Assembly: GCA_040767195.1 (NCBI GenBank)
Contig: JAXGPA010000001.1
Coordinates: 800,001-864,000 of the forward strand
DNA: 64,000 bases
Direction of reading: 5' to 3'
Origin: Syntrophales bacterium
GTDB taxonomy: Bacteria > Desulfobacterota > Syntrophia > Syntrophales > UBA6807
The position numbers were made by a program, and so were the translations under genes. A model generated the notes under the pieces. That model ran no database searches, was not told the DNA's origin, and saw only the letters and a program-made list of their open reading frames with translations. This document shows, one piece after another, positions 38,413-47,959 of the stretch; the first letter of the stretch is position 1, and each line of letters opens with the position of its first letter.

Positions 38413-38867
38413 AGGCCGACCCTCCCCGCCCGAAGGCCCGGCTGCGGCCCGGAGTCACACGGGAAGCCCTGGAGAAGCGGATCAAGGGCACGCTGCCCGA
38501 ACTGATCGGCATGGAGTTCCTTTCCATCGAAGAAGGGAAGATCACCGCCCGGATGGCCGTCCGGGGCGACCTCATGGCGCCCAACGGGTTCCTTCATGCC
38601 GCCTCGATCATCGGCCTGGCGGACACGGCCTGCGGTCTCGGAACGAAGGTCCATCTTCCCGAAGGCGCCGATAATTTCACCACCGTCGAGCTGAAGACGA
38701 ACTTCATCGGAGCAGTCCGGGAGGGCGCCCTTGTCTGCGAGGCCTCGCTGGTTCACGGGGGGCGGACGGTCCAGGTCTGGGACGCCCTTGTCACCGAGGA
38801 GGGAACGGGAAAACCGGTGGCCCTTTTCCGGTGCACCCAGATGCTTTTGGCCTCAAGGCAACCATAA
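38409..38867 (+). CDS. PaaI/MenI-family hotdog thioesterase
   Basis: LMAPNGFLHAASIIGLADTACG, FTTVELKTNF, HGGRTVQVWDA; ATGA overlap with the VOC gene. Confidence 0.9.
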   Translation: MKADPPRPKARLRPGVTREALEKRIKGTLPELIGMEFLSIEEGKITARMAVRGDLMAPNGFLHAASIIGLADTACGLGTKVHLPEGADNFTTVELKTNFIGAVREGALVCEASLVHGGRTVQVWDALVTEEGTGKPVALFRCTQMLLASRQP

Positions 38868-38881
38868 AAGGAGGAACGGTC

Positions 38882-39346
38882 ATGGCGCTTTTGAAAAAAG
38901 GAGACGCCGCCCCGGCTTTCGAGCTGGAAAACCAGGACGGGAAAACGGTCCGGCTGGCCGACTACCGGGGGAAAAAACTGCTTCTTTACTTTTACCCGAA
39001 AGCGGGGACTTCCGGGTGAACGACCCAGGCGGTGTCCCTGCGGGACGCCATGAAGACCCTTCAATCCAGGGGCGTGTCCGTCGCCGGCGTCAGTCCCGAC
39101 AGCGTCAAGGCGCTGAAGAAATTCGACGAAAAGAATTCCCTGGGGTTTCCCCTCCTTTCCGACGGGGATCACGGCGTGTCAACGTCTTATGGGACGTGGG
39201 GCGAAAAGACCCAGTGCGGCAGAACATCGGTGGGGATGATCCGGTCGTCTTTCCTGATCGACGAAAAGGGAAAGGTCGCCGAGGCCTGGTACAAGGTGAG
39301 CCCCAAGGACACCGTTCCCAGGGCCCTCAAGGTTCTCGGGAGCTGA
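38882..39346 (+). CDS. bcp: BCP/PrxQ peroxiredoxin, predicted selenoprotein (UGA at codon 46)
   Basis: ORFs 38831..39019 and 39032..39346 share one frame: APAFELENQDG...YFYPKAGTSG-TGA-TTQA...GVSPD...FPLLSD...RSSFLIDEKG. The TGA occupies the peroxidatic Cys of PxxxTxxC. Confidence 0.92.
39031..39049 (+). promoter_or_regulatory. Candidate bacterial SECIS hairpin
   Basis: GGTGTCCC-TGC-GGGACGCC stem with a G in the apical loop, starting 11 nt after the in-frame TGA (39017-39019). Confidence 0.7.
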
Positions 39347-39364
39347 ACGGCGGGAGGATGTGAA

Positions 39365-40810
39365 ATGAACGCACCGGAAGCCCTGCTCATCGCAAAAGGG
39401 GAAAGAGAGGTTTGTCTTCTGCCCCGGATGGCCAACCGCCACGGCCTCATCGCCGGCGCCACCGGGACGGGGAAAACCGTGTCGCTCCGTGTTCTCGCCG
39501 AGGGATTCAGCGAAATGGGGGTCCCTGTCTTCCTTTCCGACGTCAAGGGGGACCTCACCGGAATCGCCGTTCCCGGCGGCGGCAACCGGAAGGTGGAAGA
39601 AAGAATCCGCGATCTCGGCCTGGAAGGGTTCCAATACGCTGGGTTTCCCGTCGTCTTCTGGGATGTCCTGGGCGACCGGGGACACCCCGTCCGGACAACG
39701 GTCTCCGAGATGGGCCCCCTGCTCCTCGGCCGGATCCTGAACCTCAACGACACCCAGAGCGGGGTCCTCAGCATGATCTTCAGGATCGCCGACGACAACG
39801 GCCTTCTCCTCCTCGACCTGAAGGACCTCCGGGCCATGGCCGCCTTTGTGGGGGACAACGGGGACAAGTTCAAGGTCGAGTACGGCAACGTCTCCCGGGC
39901 GAGCATCGGCGCCATCCAGAGAAACCTCCTCGTTCTCGAGGAACAGGGAGGGGACCGCTTTTTCGGGGAGCCGGCGCTCACCATCGACGACCTCCTGCAG
40001 ACGGACAGCCGGGGGCGGGGGATGATCAACATCCTCCTGGCGGACCGGCTGATCCAGTCGCCCAAGGTATACGCCACTTTTCTCCTGTGGCTCCTCGCCG
40101 AGCTTTACGAGCAGCTCCCCGAAGTGGGCGATCCCGAAAAGCCCCGGATGATTTTCTTCTTCGACGAGGCCCATCTTCTTTTTGAGGACATCGCGACGGC
40201 CCTGGAGGAAAAGATCGAACAGGTGGTCCGGCTCATCCGCTCCAAGGGCGTGGGGGTCTACTTCGTCACCCAGAATCCCCTGGACCTGACGGACGACGTC
40301 CTGGGACAGCTCGGAAACCGGGTTCAGCATGCCCTCCGGGCGTTCACCCCCCGGGACCAGAAAGCCGTGAAAGCCGCCGCGGAAACCTTCCGGCCCAATC
40401 CCCGGGTCGACGTGACTCGGACCATCACGGAGCTGGCCGTGGGGGAGGCCCTCGTTTCCGTTCTCGACAGGAAGGGAGCGCCCGAGCCGGTGGAACGGGC
40501 CTTGGTCCTCCCGCCCCGAAGTTCCCTCGCCCCTCTTGCCCCCGAGCAGATCCGTTCGATCGTCCGGGATTCCGTCCTTTACGGCTTTTATGAAAAAACG
40601 GTGGACCGGGAATCGGCTTACGAGAAGCTCAAGGAGCGGGCGGAAACCCTGCAGAAGGAGGAAGCGGCGGCCTCCCGGGTGAAGGCCAAGTCCCCGCAGA
40701 AGGATCTCTTCGGCGCTGCGGCGAAGAGCGCCGCCCACGCCATCGGGAGCCAGATCGGCCGGCAGATCATCCGGGGCATCCTGGGATCCTTTTTCGGGGG
40801 CCGCCGATGA
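39365..40810 (+). CDS. YjgR/DUF853 HerA-like ATPase
   Basis: [62 protein letters not shown]. Confidence 0.93.
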   Translation: MNAPEALLIAKGEREVCLLPRMANRHGLIAGATGTGKTVSLRVLAEGFSEMGVPVFLSDVKGDLTGIAVPGGGNRKVEERIRDLGLEGFQYAGFPVVFWDVLGDRGHPVRTTVSEMGPLLLGRILNLNDTQSGVLSMIFRIADDNGLLLLDLKDLRAMAAFVGDNGDKFKVEYGNVSRASIGAIQRNLLVLEEQGGDRFFGEPALTIDDLLQTDSRGRGMINILLADRLIQSPKVYATFLLWLLAELYEQLPEVGDPEKPRMIFFFDEAHLLFEDIATALEEKIEQVVRLIRSKGVGVYFVTQNPLDLTDDVLGQLGNRVQHALRAFTPRDQKAVKAAAETFRPNPRVDVTRTITELAVGEALVSVLDRKGAPEPVERALVLPPRSSLAPLAPEQIRSIVRDSVLYGFYEKTVDRESAYEKLKERAETLQKEEAAASRVKAKSPQKDLFGAAAKSAAHAIGSQIGRQIIRGILGSFFGGRR

Positions 40811-40905
40811 CTTCCTTACGGGACATTTGACGGATCTGCCCGAGACGGCGTCTCCAGGAAGCCGTCTTCCGGCATGGATGGCACATCGCTCCGGGGGCTC
40901 ATCCC

Positions 40906-41286
40906 GTGAAGAGAAAAATGACGAACCGGGAATTCGACCAGGTGGTCCAGAGGGCGATCCGGCGGATTCCCGAAGAAATCCGGAAACATCTGAAGAACAT
41001 CATGATCTCCGTCCAGGACCGGCCGTCGCCGGACATCCTGGATGAGATGGGATACCCGCCCGACGAAGCTCTTTTCGGCCTCTATTACGGCACCTCCCTC
41101 CTGGAGCGGTCCCTGAACGAACCGCCCCTTTACCCGGACACCATTTTCATCTACCAGGAGCCCCTCGAGGAATTTTGCGAAACCCTGGAGGAGCTGGAAG
41201 AGGAAATCGAAATCACGGTGGTCCACGAGATCGCTCACTACCTGGGCATGGATGAGGACTGGCTCATTGAGCTGGGATACGAGTGA
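40906..41286 (+). CDS. Zincin-like metallopeptidase (DUF1025-type)
   Basis: LFGLYYG..PDTIFIYQEP..ITVVHEIAHYLG. Confidence 0.88.
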   Translation: MKRKMTNREFDQVVQRAIRRIPEEIRKHLKNIMISVQDRPSPDILDEMGYPPDEALFGLYYGTSLLERSLNEPPLYPDTIFIYQEPLEEFCETLEELEEEIEITVVHEIAHYLGMDEDWLIELGYE

Positions 41287-41324
41287 GACGTCCTTCACCG
41301 CCCTGACAGGCCTGGAGCGGACGG

Positions 41325-42350
41325 TCAGGCGACCCTTTCCCGGTCTTCCCGGATAAACGCCAGAAGTTCCCTTGAGAAACCGGACTCGAGGACGATGCTC
41401 TCGAAATCGGGCGGGCACAGGATCTTCTGCATGAGGAAGCCGTCGCCGTCGAACCAGCGGGGCAGGGGGCCGCCGAAAAAATAACCGGCCTCCCGAAGGG
41501 CTTCCACCGACGCGCCCGCCCAGGGTTCGGTCAAATTCAGCCAGGCCTGAAAAACAACGCACCCCTTGTCGGCGGCCTCCCGTTCCAGGTCGGCCAGGCG
41601 GCTTCCGAGATCCGCCCCCGAGACGGGAACAGCGATCCGGGCAACCCCGGCAAAATCAAAGACGGTCATCCCGGCGCGGCTGACACGGCCGGCGGGAAAC
41701 GGGTCCACCGATCGGGCGAGGTCCCGGGAATCGTCGAGACGCCCGTAAATCCTGTGGAGGACGTCTTCGTAAACGGCGGGAAGAAAGACCCGGTGCGGCC
41801 TGGGTCGAAAGGAACGGAAGACGCTCAGGGTCGCCACCCGTCCCGGAGCGCTTTTTTCACGGGTGTACGCCTCGGCGGGCATGAGGGCCACTTCGATGGC
41901 GGTTTCCGAAAAGCCGAATGCCGCCACGGCCTTCTGCATGTAAGGATGGTTGCAGACCGCCTCCCCGAAGATCTCTTCGATGTGGGGCTGGCGCGGGACA
42001 AAATCATTGTAGAGATAATCGTGCAGTTTTCCCGTGATCCCCGATTTTCGATACGCCTTGAGAACCAGTCCCACGCCGTGTTCGTAGATGGCGTCGCAGG
42101 GGGTCGACCGGTACAGGTGGGTCACACCGACGACGTCCCCGGAAACGGTGCGGGCCACGATGGAATAGTAACGGCCCTCGCGATTGGCCTCTGTCACGGC
42201 ACCGGGATCATAAAACAGCCTGATCGGGTAGTGTTCGCCATAGACCGCCCGGAAGAGACGGACGATCCCCTCGGCGTCTTCGGGCCGAAAGCTGTCTACG
42301 ACGACATCTTCAGGGATCGATCTTTCGCTCCCGCTGTCACGAGTTTCCAT
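41325..42350 (-). CDS. GNAT-like protein
   Basis: FRPEDAEGIVRLFRAVYG..YP, GLVLKAYRKSGITGKL (acetyl-CoA motif A-like), FGEAVCNHPYMQK. Confidence 0.65.
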   Translation of the reverse strand: METRDSGSERSIPEDVVVDSFRPEDAEGIVRLFRAVYGEHYPIRLFYDPGAVTEANREGRYYSIVARTVSGDVVGVTHLYRSTPCDAIYEHGVGLVLKAYRKSGITGKLHDYLYNDFVPRQPHIEEIFGEAVCNHPYMQKAVAAFGFSETAIEVALMPAEAYTREKSAPGRVATLSVFRSFRPRPHRVFLPAVYEDVLHRIYGRLDDSRDLARSVDPFPAGRVSRAGMTVFDFAGVARIAVPVSGADLGSRLADLEREAADKGCVVFQAWLNLTEPWAGASVEALREAGYFFGGPLPRWFDGDGFLMQKILCPPDFESIVLESGFSRELLAFIREDRERVA

Positions 42351-42401
42351 GGTCCCGGTCCTCCCTGTTTCGTATTTTCGTCATCGGTTTTCCTTCCCCC
42401 G

Positions 42402-43652
42402 TCATTCCCCTTCCTTTTCCCCGCAGTGTAAAGAAACGGGGTCGCAAAAGCCACTTGGTTCTTTCGTTCCCCGGCGGCCGAGGGCCGTCATCAGTATCGA
42501 AGCCAGGCCGATGTGGCCCGCGGCCAGGTAAAAGAGGATGTCAAACCCCGAACCGAGGGCGATAAGGGTCCCGCCGGCGTAGGGCATGAGGAAATAGGCG
42601 GCGTCCATGGTGAAGAGGGTCATGTTGGTGTTGAGCCCCCTCAGGGCCGGCGTAGAGGCCGAGAAGAGAAGCGCGTTGAGCAGAGGCAAGGCCACGCCCA
42701 TGGAAAACCCGTAAAGGACGGCCAGTAAATAATAGGTTACCGGGGAAGACGTCAGGGGAAGAAGGAAAAGACACGGAGCGAGCAGGGCGAACATCTTCCA
42801 CACCGTGGAACGCTTGTCCATCCGGTCGAAAAGGACCGCACCGAGCGCGCGGACGGCGATCATCGCCATCATGGAAAGACTGAAGAAGAGTCCGACGGCA
42901 CCGGCTCCGGTCACAAGGGACAGGTCCTTCATGAAATAAAATACCGTGGCGTGGGCAAGATAGACCAGGAAAATGGTTGAAAGAAGAAAAACCACGGAAC
43001 GGAGACGGAAATTCTCCCGGATCTCGGAAAAGGCCGGGCGGCGGAGCAGCGCCCCGTCCAGGCCCAGCAACGCCTGGCCGATCCGTCTCCAGACGGCCAG
43101 GAGGATCAGGATGGCCGCCACCGAAAAAACCGAAACGGCGGCATAGACGTCCGCTTCGCTTCGCACGTGGGGAAAAATCGCCTCGGCCAGGGGAGGGATG
43201 ACGGCGAAGGGAATCATCGTCGCGATGCTGAGGGTGCTGAACCCCTGGCCGCTCCTCTCCCCGGGAATGAAGTTCACCACGAGCGCGATGACGGCGGACG
43301 TGAGGAGGACAAAAACGGTGCCGTGGAGCATGCGCAAAACAATCATGGCGGGCACGGAGGTCACCCACAGGTAGGAACAGGAAACGGCAATGAGCAGGAC
43401 AAGCGAAGCCATCGTCACGGCCAGGGCGTTGCGCATGTGCAGCCAGGGCAGGACAACAAGCCGGAGGATGAAAGCCGACATGGGTTCGAGACCCACGAGA
43501 AACCCCCGCCAGGGAAGGGGAATGTCGATGGTGCCCAGGTAGTGATAGAAGCTGTAGAACACGCTGACGTTACAGAAGGCCGACACGATGACGAGGCACA
43601 GGGCGAGAAATTCGAAGGACAGGAGCTTTCGGGGAGAAGACGGCTGGTCCAC
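42402..43652 (-). CDS. MFS transporter
   Basis: About 12 hydrophobic segments; LRMLHG, GERSGQGFS, LFDRMDKR. Confidence 0.88.
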   Translation of the reverse strand: MDQPSSPRKLLSFEFLALCLVIVSAFCNVSVFYSFYHYLGTIDIPLPWRGFLVGLEPMSAFILRLVVLPWLHMRNALAVTMASLVLLIAVSCSYLWVTSVPAMIVLRMLHGTVFVLLTSAVIALVVNFIPGERSGQGFSTLSIATMIPFAVIPPLAEAIFPHVRSEADVYAAVSVFSVAAILILLAVWRRIGQALLGLDGALLRRPAFSEIRENFRLRSVVFLLSTIFLVYLAHATVFYFMKDLSLVTGAGAVGLFFSLSMMAMIAVRALGAVLFDRMDKRSTVWKMFALLAPCLFLLPLTSSPVTYYLLAVLYGFSMGVALPLLNALLFSASTPALRGLNTNMTLFTMDAAYFLMPYAGGTLIALGSGFDILFYLAAGHIGLASILMTALGRRGTKEPSGFCDPVSLHCGEKEGE

Positions 43653-43664
43653 GGGCGCCGCCTT

Positions 43665-44771
43665 TCAGGCCAGGATCTTTTTCAGGGCCGCCGCGAAGGC
43701 CTCCATGGCCTCCAGGCCCGCCAGGGTGACACGGATGTGATTCGGGTAGCGGAATCCTGTCATGGGCCGGATCATGACCCCCTCGTGCATGAGCTTCCGG
43801 TAGGCCAGGGTGTCGCTCCCGGGCAGTTTCACGATGAGAAAGTTCCCTTCCCCGCTCGTGACGGGAAGCCCCATTCCGCCCATTTCCTCCTTCAGGTAAT
43901 CCCGGCTTTGCCGGACCATGTCCCGGGTGCGGCCGACGTGGCCCGTGTCGTCCCGGAGACAGGCCAGGGCCGCCTCCTGGGCGATGGTGTTGACGGAATA
44001 AACGACGCAGGTCCTGCGGATCATGTCGACGACTTTCAGGTCGCCCGCCAGATACCCGATGCGAAGCCCCGCGATCCCGTACATCTTGGAAAAGGTCCTG
44101 AAGACGACCAGGTTGGGATAGTCCCGGGTGAGGGAAATCCCGTCGGGGTAATCCTCCGCCTCGACGAATTCGAAGTAGGCCTCGTCGACGACCACGATCT
44201 GCCGCCCCCCGACGGCGTCGAGAAAAGCGGTGAGGGTGTCCCGGGACCAGTAGGTCCCCGTCGGGTTGTTGGGGTTGCAAAGAAAGATCACCTTCGTGGC
44301 GCCATCGATCCTTTCCAGCATGGCGCCGTCGTCGAACCGCCCTTCCTTCAGGGGGACGACCCGGGCCTCGATGCCGGAAAAGACGGCCACCCACTCGTAG
44401 ACGGCGAAGGTCCTGTCCGCCGTGACGATGTTGTCGCCCCGCTCACAGAAGGCCTTGATCACGAAGGTGATGACCTCGTTGGCGCCGTTTCCGACGATGA
44501 CCTGGTCGGGGTCGATGCCGTGGAAAGCGGCAAGCTCGCGGCGCAGGTCGTAGGAATCCCCGCTGGGATAAACGGCGCCCCGGGGGGGCGGGAACCGCCG
44601 GATAACCTCCTGGGCGCCCGGCGGCGGGCCCAGGGGGTTTTCGTTGTTGTTGAGACGGATGAGGCGACGGCAGCCATAGAGCTTTTGAAGCTCCCGGTCG
44701 GGCTTGCTGGGGATGTAGGGCTCGAATTCCCGGACGCAGGCGGGTACAAGACGGTCAAGGTCGGGTTTCAT
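43665..44771 (-). CDS. HisC-like class I/II PLP-dependent aminotransferase
   Basis: NENPLGP, GNGANE, CNPNNPTG, VDEAYFEF, RTFSKMYGIAGLRIGY. Confidence 0.88.
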   Translation of the reverse strand: MKPDLDRLVPACVREFEPYIPSKPDRELQKLYGCRRLIRLNNNENPLGPPPGAQEVIRRFPPPRGAVYPSGDSYDLRRELAAFHGIDPDQVIVGNGANEVITFVIKAFCERGDNIVTADRTFAVYEWVAVFSGIEARVVPLKEGRFDDGAMLERIDGATKVIFLCNPNNPTGTYWSRDTLTAFLDAVGGRQIVVVDEAYFEFVEAEDYPDGISLTRDYPNLVVFRTFSKMYGIAGLRIGYLAGDLKVVDMIRRTCVVYSVNTIAQEAALACLRDDTGHVGRTRDMVRQSRDYLKEEMGGMGLPVTSGEGNFLIVKLPGSDTLAYRKLMHEGVMIRPMTGFRYPNHIRVTLAGLEAMEAFAAALKKILA

Positions 44772-46086
44772 GGTATTGAAAAACCACCAGGTCGGCCTGG
44801 CCGGCAAAGGGGATGATCATGCCGGGCCTGAAGCGGCGGCCCAGGAGAACGGGAACCAGGGGGGCCTGCCAGGAAACGCCCAGGTCAATCTCGAAGAGAA
44901 GGTTCAGAAACCCTTCCTCCCGGAGAAAACGGATGTGCCGTTCCACGTTCGCGGCCAGATCGTCTCCCGGCCACAGGGGCCGCAGGACGACCTCCGACCA
45001 TTCCCGACGGATCTCGGCGGAAAAGATGGAGGACCCTTTTAGCGTTTCTCCCAGGTCTTGGACCTCCCGGATATCCCGGGCCAGGAAGAGGCGCCCGTAT
45101 TCCCTTTCCAGAAACTCCTTGAGAGCCCCGTTCGTCCAGACAGGGCAGCCGGGATCCTCGTGAAGGAAACGGTACCAGGCCGGTCTGGCCAGGGCAGGCC
45201 CCTCGTCCCGGAAAAAGGCCAGGGACCCCAGGGGTTCGAACTGGGACCGGACCGGCTCGGGCAGGCCCGTGAGGCTGACAAGGCCAATGGCCCGGGTCCT
45301 CGCCACGGCGGCAATGGCGGCATCAAGGAGGGCCTCGGCGATCTCCTGCTCCCTCGACGGGTCGAAGACGTGGGGACCGACAATCTCGACGATCCGCTCG
45401 GTGAGAAACCGGAACAGGATGCCGCCGGCCACACGGCCCGCCCCGTCGACGGCCGCGATGACCTCGTTGTCCCCGGCGGCGACCATGTCGACCACTTTGC
45501 CCGGATAGTCGAAAAAGGCCGGTCCGGGCGAATCCGCCCGTCCCCGGGCCACCTCGCCGGCATACTGTTTCAGTGTCTCGGCGTCCGGGGTCCTTTGAAT
45601 CGTGAGGCCCTCCCGAAACGGGGCCGGCGGGTGGGCCACGTCCGGCAGAGGCGGATAGGTTTTTTCCTTTTCCACGGCCAGGCAGATCCGGCCCCGGCTC
45701 TCCTCGGTGATCCGAAGCCGGTCAACGGTTCGGGAAGCAATGACGAGGCCCATCTCCGCCAGGGCCTCGTCACTTTCAAACTGGCCGGTGGCGGTGATGT
45801 TGAGGGCGCCCATGTTCAGGGCCGCCACGGAAAAGCGGAACTCGACCCTCCCGTAGTACAGCCCGTTGACGGCGCGGATATCCACGGGTTCCACGGGACG
45901 GACATGAGAAATGATGTAAGAAAAGATCTCCTCGGCGGCGAGCCGGAGCTTGAGGGATTCCTCCCGCCCCATGCCCAGGGCCCGGACCGATGACTCGACG
46001 AAACCGGTGACGACGTCCAGGAAGGGCGACCGGGCCGGCAGTTGGATGCCCAGTGTGTCGTTGGAATGACGATTCGGAGGATTCAT
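44755..46086 (-). CDS. Hypothetical protein: degenerate RsbW-like HATPase domain fused to GNAT-like domain(s)
   Basis: IQLPA..FLDVVTGFV..LKLRLAAEEIFSYIISH..MGLVIASRTVDRL..LAVEK resembles the anti-sigma-factor fold; downstream VAGGILFR..VEIVGPHV..IAEALLDAAI is GNAT-like. Confidence 0.55.
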   Translation of the reverse strand: MNPPNRHSNDTLGIQLPARSPFLDVVTGFVESSVRALGMGREESLKLRLAAEEIFSYIISHVRPVEPVDIRAVNGLYYGRVEFRFSVAALNMGALNITATGQFESDEALAEMGLVIASRTVDRLRITEESRGRICLAVEKEKTYPPLPDVAHPPAPFREGLTIQRTPDAETLKQYAGEVARGRADSPGPAFFDYPGKVVDMVAAGDNEVIAAVDGAGRVAGGILFRFLTERIVEIVGPHVFDPSREQEIAEALLDAAIAAVARTRAIGLVSLTGLPEPVRSQFEPLGSLAFFRDEGPALARPAWYRFLHEDPGCPVWTNGALKEFLEREYGRLFLARDIREVQDLGETLKGSSIFSAEIRREWSEVVLRPLWPGDDLAANVERHIRFLREEGFLNLLFEIDLGVSWQAPLVPVLLGRRFRPGMIIPFAGQADLVVFQYHETRP

Positions 46087-46222
46087 CCCCGGCCTTTCCC
46101 CGGAAAACGTGTTACGTCAGAGGCTCCTTTTTGTATCGTATCCCCTCTCGTGATGTCAATAACGAGACATCCACGAAAAAAGTCCCCGGCAGTTTTGATC
46201 TGCGAAGGTTCTCACAGGAATT

Positions 46223-47014
46223 TCAGACAGCGAGGATGCCCTTGAAAACGGTGACGGCCTGCCCCCCGATAAAGACGCGGTCTTCGCCGACGCGGACCCG
46301 GATGACGCCGCCCCGCTCCGACGCCTGGAAGGCCGTGAATTCCCGCTTTCCCAGTTTCCGCTGCCAATAGGGGCCAAGGCTGCTGTGGGCTGAACCGGTT
46401 ACCGGGTCCTCGTCTACCCCCACGGCGGGGGCGAAAAAGCGGGAAACGAAATCAAAGCCGCCGGAACGGGCGCGGCTTGTCACGATAAACCCCCGGGCGG
46501 GGATATCCCGGAGGGCCTTCATGTCCGGGGACATGGCGCGAACCGTCTCCTCCCCGTCCACTTCCACGAGGTAATCGTAAACCGTCTTGCCCACATAGAT
46601 AGGGTTCACCCAAAGGGCTTCAGCCAGGCCGTCCGGGGTGCTGACCGGTTCGTCCGCCGTGGCGGGAAAATTCATCTCGATCCAGTCTCCGTCCCTGCGG
46701 GCGGTGAGAAGACCGCTCAACGTGTGAAACCGGGCCTCCCCATCTTTCGGGAGAACCCCTTCCTGCCACAGGATGTGGGCGCTCGCCAGGGTGGCGTGGC
46801 CGCACAGTTCCACCTCCACGAGGGGCGTGAACCACCGGAGCCGGAACCCGTCATTTTCTCTGTGCAGAAACGCCGTTTCCGAAAGATTCATTTCCCGGGC
46901 GACGGCCTGCATCCAGGAAGCCTCCGCCGGTTCTTCCAGAAGACAGACCCCCGCCGGATTCCCCCGGAAGGGGCGATCGGCAAAGGCATCCACCGTAAAG
47001 ATGGGAATAGCCAT
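46223..47014 (-). CDS. PhzF-family isomerase/epimerase
   Basis: VDAFADRPFRGNPAGV, MNLSETAF, LRWFTP..EVELCGHATLA, SRFFAP..DEDPVTGSAH. Confidence 0.95.
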   Translation of the reverse strand: MAIPIFTVDAFADRPFRGNPAGVCLLEEPAEASWMQAVAREMNLSETAFLHRENDGFRLRWFTPLVEVELCGHATLASAHILWQEGVLPKDGEARFHTLSGLLTARRDGDWIEMNFPATADEPVSTPDGLAEALWVNPIYVGKTVYDYLVEVDGEETVRAMSPDMKALRDIPARGFIVTSRARSGGFDFVSRFFAPAVGVDEDPVTGSAHSSLGPYWQRKLGKREFTAFQASERGGVIRVRVGEDRVFIGGQAVTVFKGILAV

Positions 47015-47161
47015 TTTCCCTGCTCCTTTCGCGATGCTGATCGTATACCATGCCCGGAAACAGCAGACCTGGAAAAACCATTTACAGGAGTCACGCCGTT
47101 CTGTCAAAAAAACATTTTAAAATTCCGGGGGATGGGTTAAAAAAAGGGCTTGAACGGCGAA

Positions 47162-47959
47162 ATGATAAGCCCGAAGAGAGCAGGGAAAAGCAAGAAACCC
47201 GTGTCATCATCATCTGACAGACCCGCCATCGGCATCACCTGCGGCCGTGAGAGCGCTGCGGACTGGGTTCCGGCCGCCTCCGGAAGACTGAGGGATTTTC
47301 TCTTTCAAGATTACGTCACGGCGGTCGAGCACGCCGGAGGCCTCCCCATGATCCTGCCGCCTACTGCGGCCGTGGAGACCTTTGTCGAGACCCTGTCGAG
47401 ACTGGACGGGCTTCTCCTGACGGGGGGCGGCGATGTCTGCCCCGCCATGTACGGGGAGAAACGCGGGCCGGGCTTGAAAGACATGGATCCACAGCGGGAC
47501 GCTTGCGAAACCGCCGCGCTCCGGGAGGCCCGGAAACGGGGGCTGCCCGTCCTGGGTATCTGCCGGGGGATCCAGATCATGGCCGTCGCTTTCGGGGGGA
47601 CACTCTACCGGGACCTGCCAAGTGAAAAGGAGGGCTTCTCGGGTCACTGGCAGCAAATGCCCCGGGCAAGGCACAGCCACCACGTGCGGGTCACCCGGGG
47701 ATCCCGGCTCTTTCGTATCCTCGAAGATGTTTTCGTACCGGTCAACAGTCATCATCACCAGGCCGTGAAGACGGTTCCCCCGGGTTTCACCGCTTCCGCA
47801 TCGGCCGAAGACGGCCTTGTCGAGGCCCTGGAAGATCCCGTCCACCCTTTTTTCCTTGCCGTCCAGTGGCATCCCGAGGGAACCTTCGACGGGGATGCCC
47901 CATCGAGGAAAATTTTTGAAGCCTTTATTCATGCGGCACGAAGGGCGCTCTCATCATGA
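47162..47959 (+). CDS. Gamma-glutamyl-gamma-aminobutyrate hydrolase family (peptidase C26, PuuD-like)
   Basis: LLLTGGGDV, LGICRGIQ, VNSHHHQAV, VQWHPE. Confidence 0.92.
   Translation: MISPKRAGKSKKPVSSSSDRPAIGITCGRESAADWVPAASGRLRDFLFQDYVTAVEHAGGLPMILPPTAAVETFVETLSRLDGLLLTGGGDVCPAMYGEKRGPGLKDMDPQRDACETAALREARKRGLPVLGICRGIQIMAVAFGGTLYRDLPSEKEGFSGHWQQMPRARHSHHVRVTRGSRLFRILEDVFVPVNSHHHQAVKTVPPGFTASASAEDGLVEALEDPVHPFFLAVQWHPEGTFDGDAPSRKIFEAFIHAARRALSS

Noticed and set aside
38882..39346. bcp as a nonsense pseudogene
   Set aside because: The single stop is UGA at exactly the catalytic Cys, with an intact downstream frame and a suitably spaced hairpin; Sec recoding explains it better.
39365..40810. 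HerA-like ATPase as an anti-phage defence system
   Set aside because: It matches the widespread YjgR/DUF853 family and has no adjacent nuclease, SIR2 or other effector gene.
46223..47014. PhzF-family gene as a sign of phenazine biosynthesis
   Set aside because: No phzA/B/D/E/G nearby; stand-alone PhzF-like genes are widespread.
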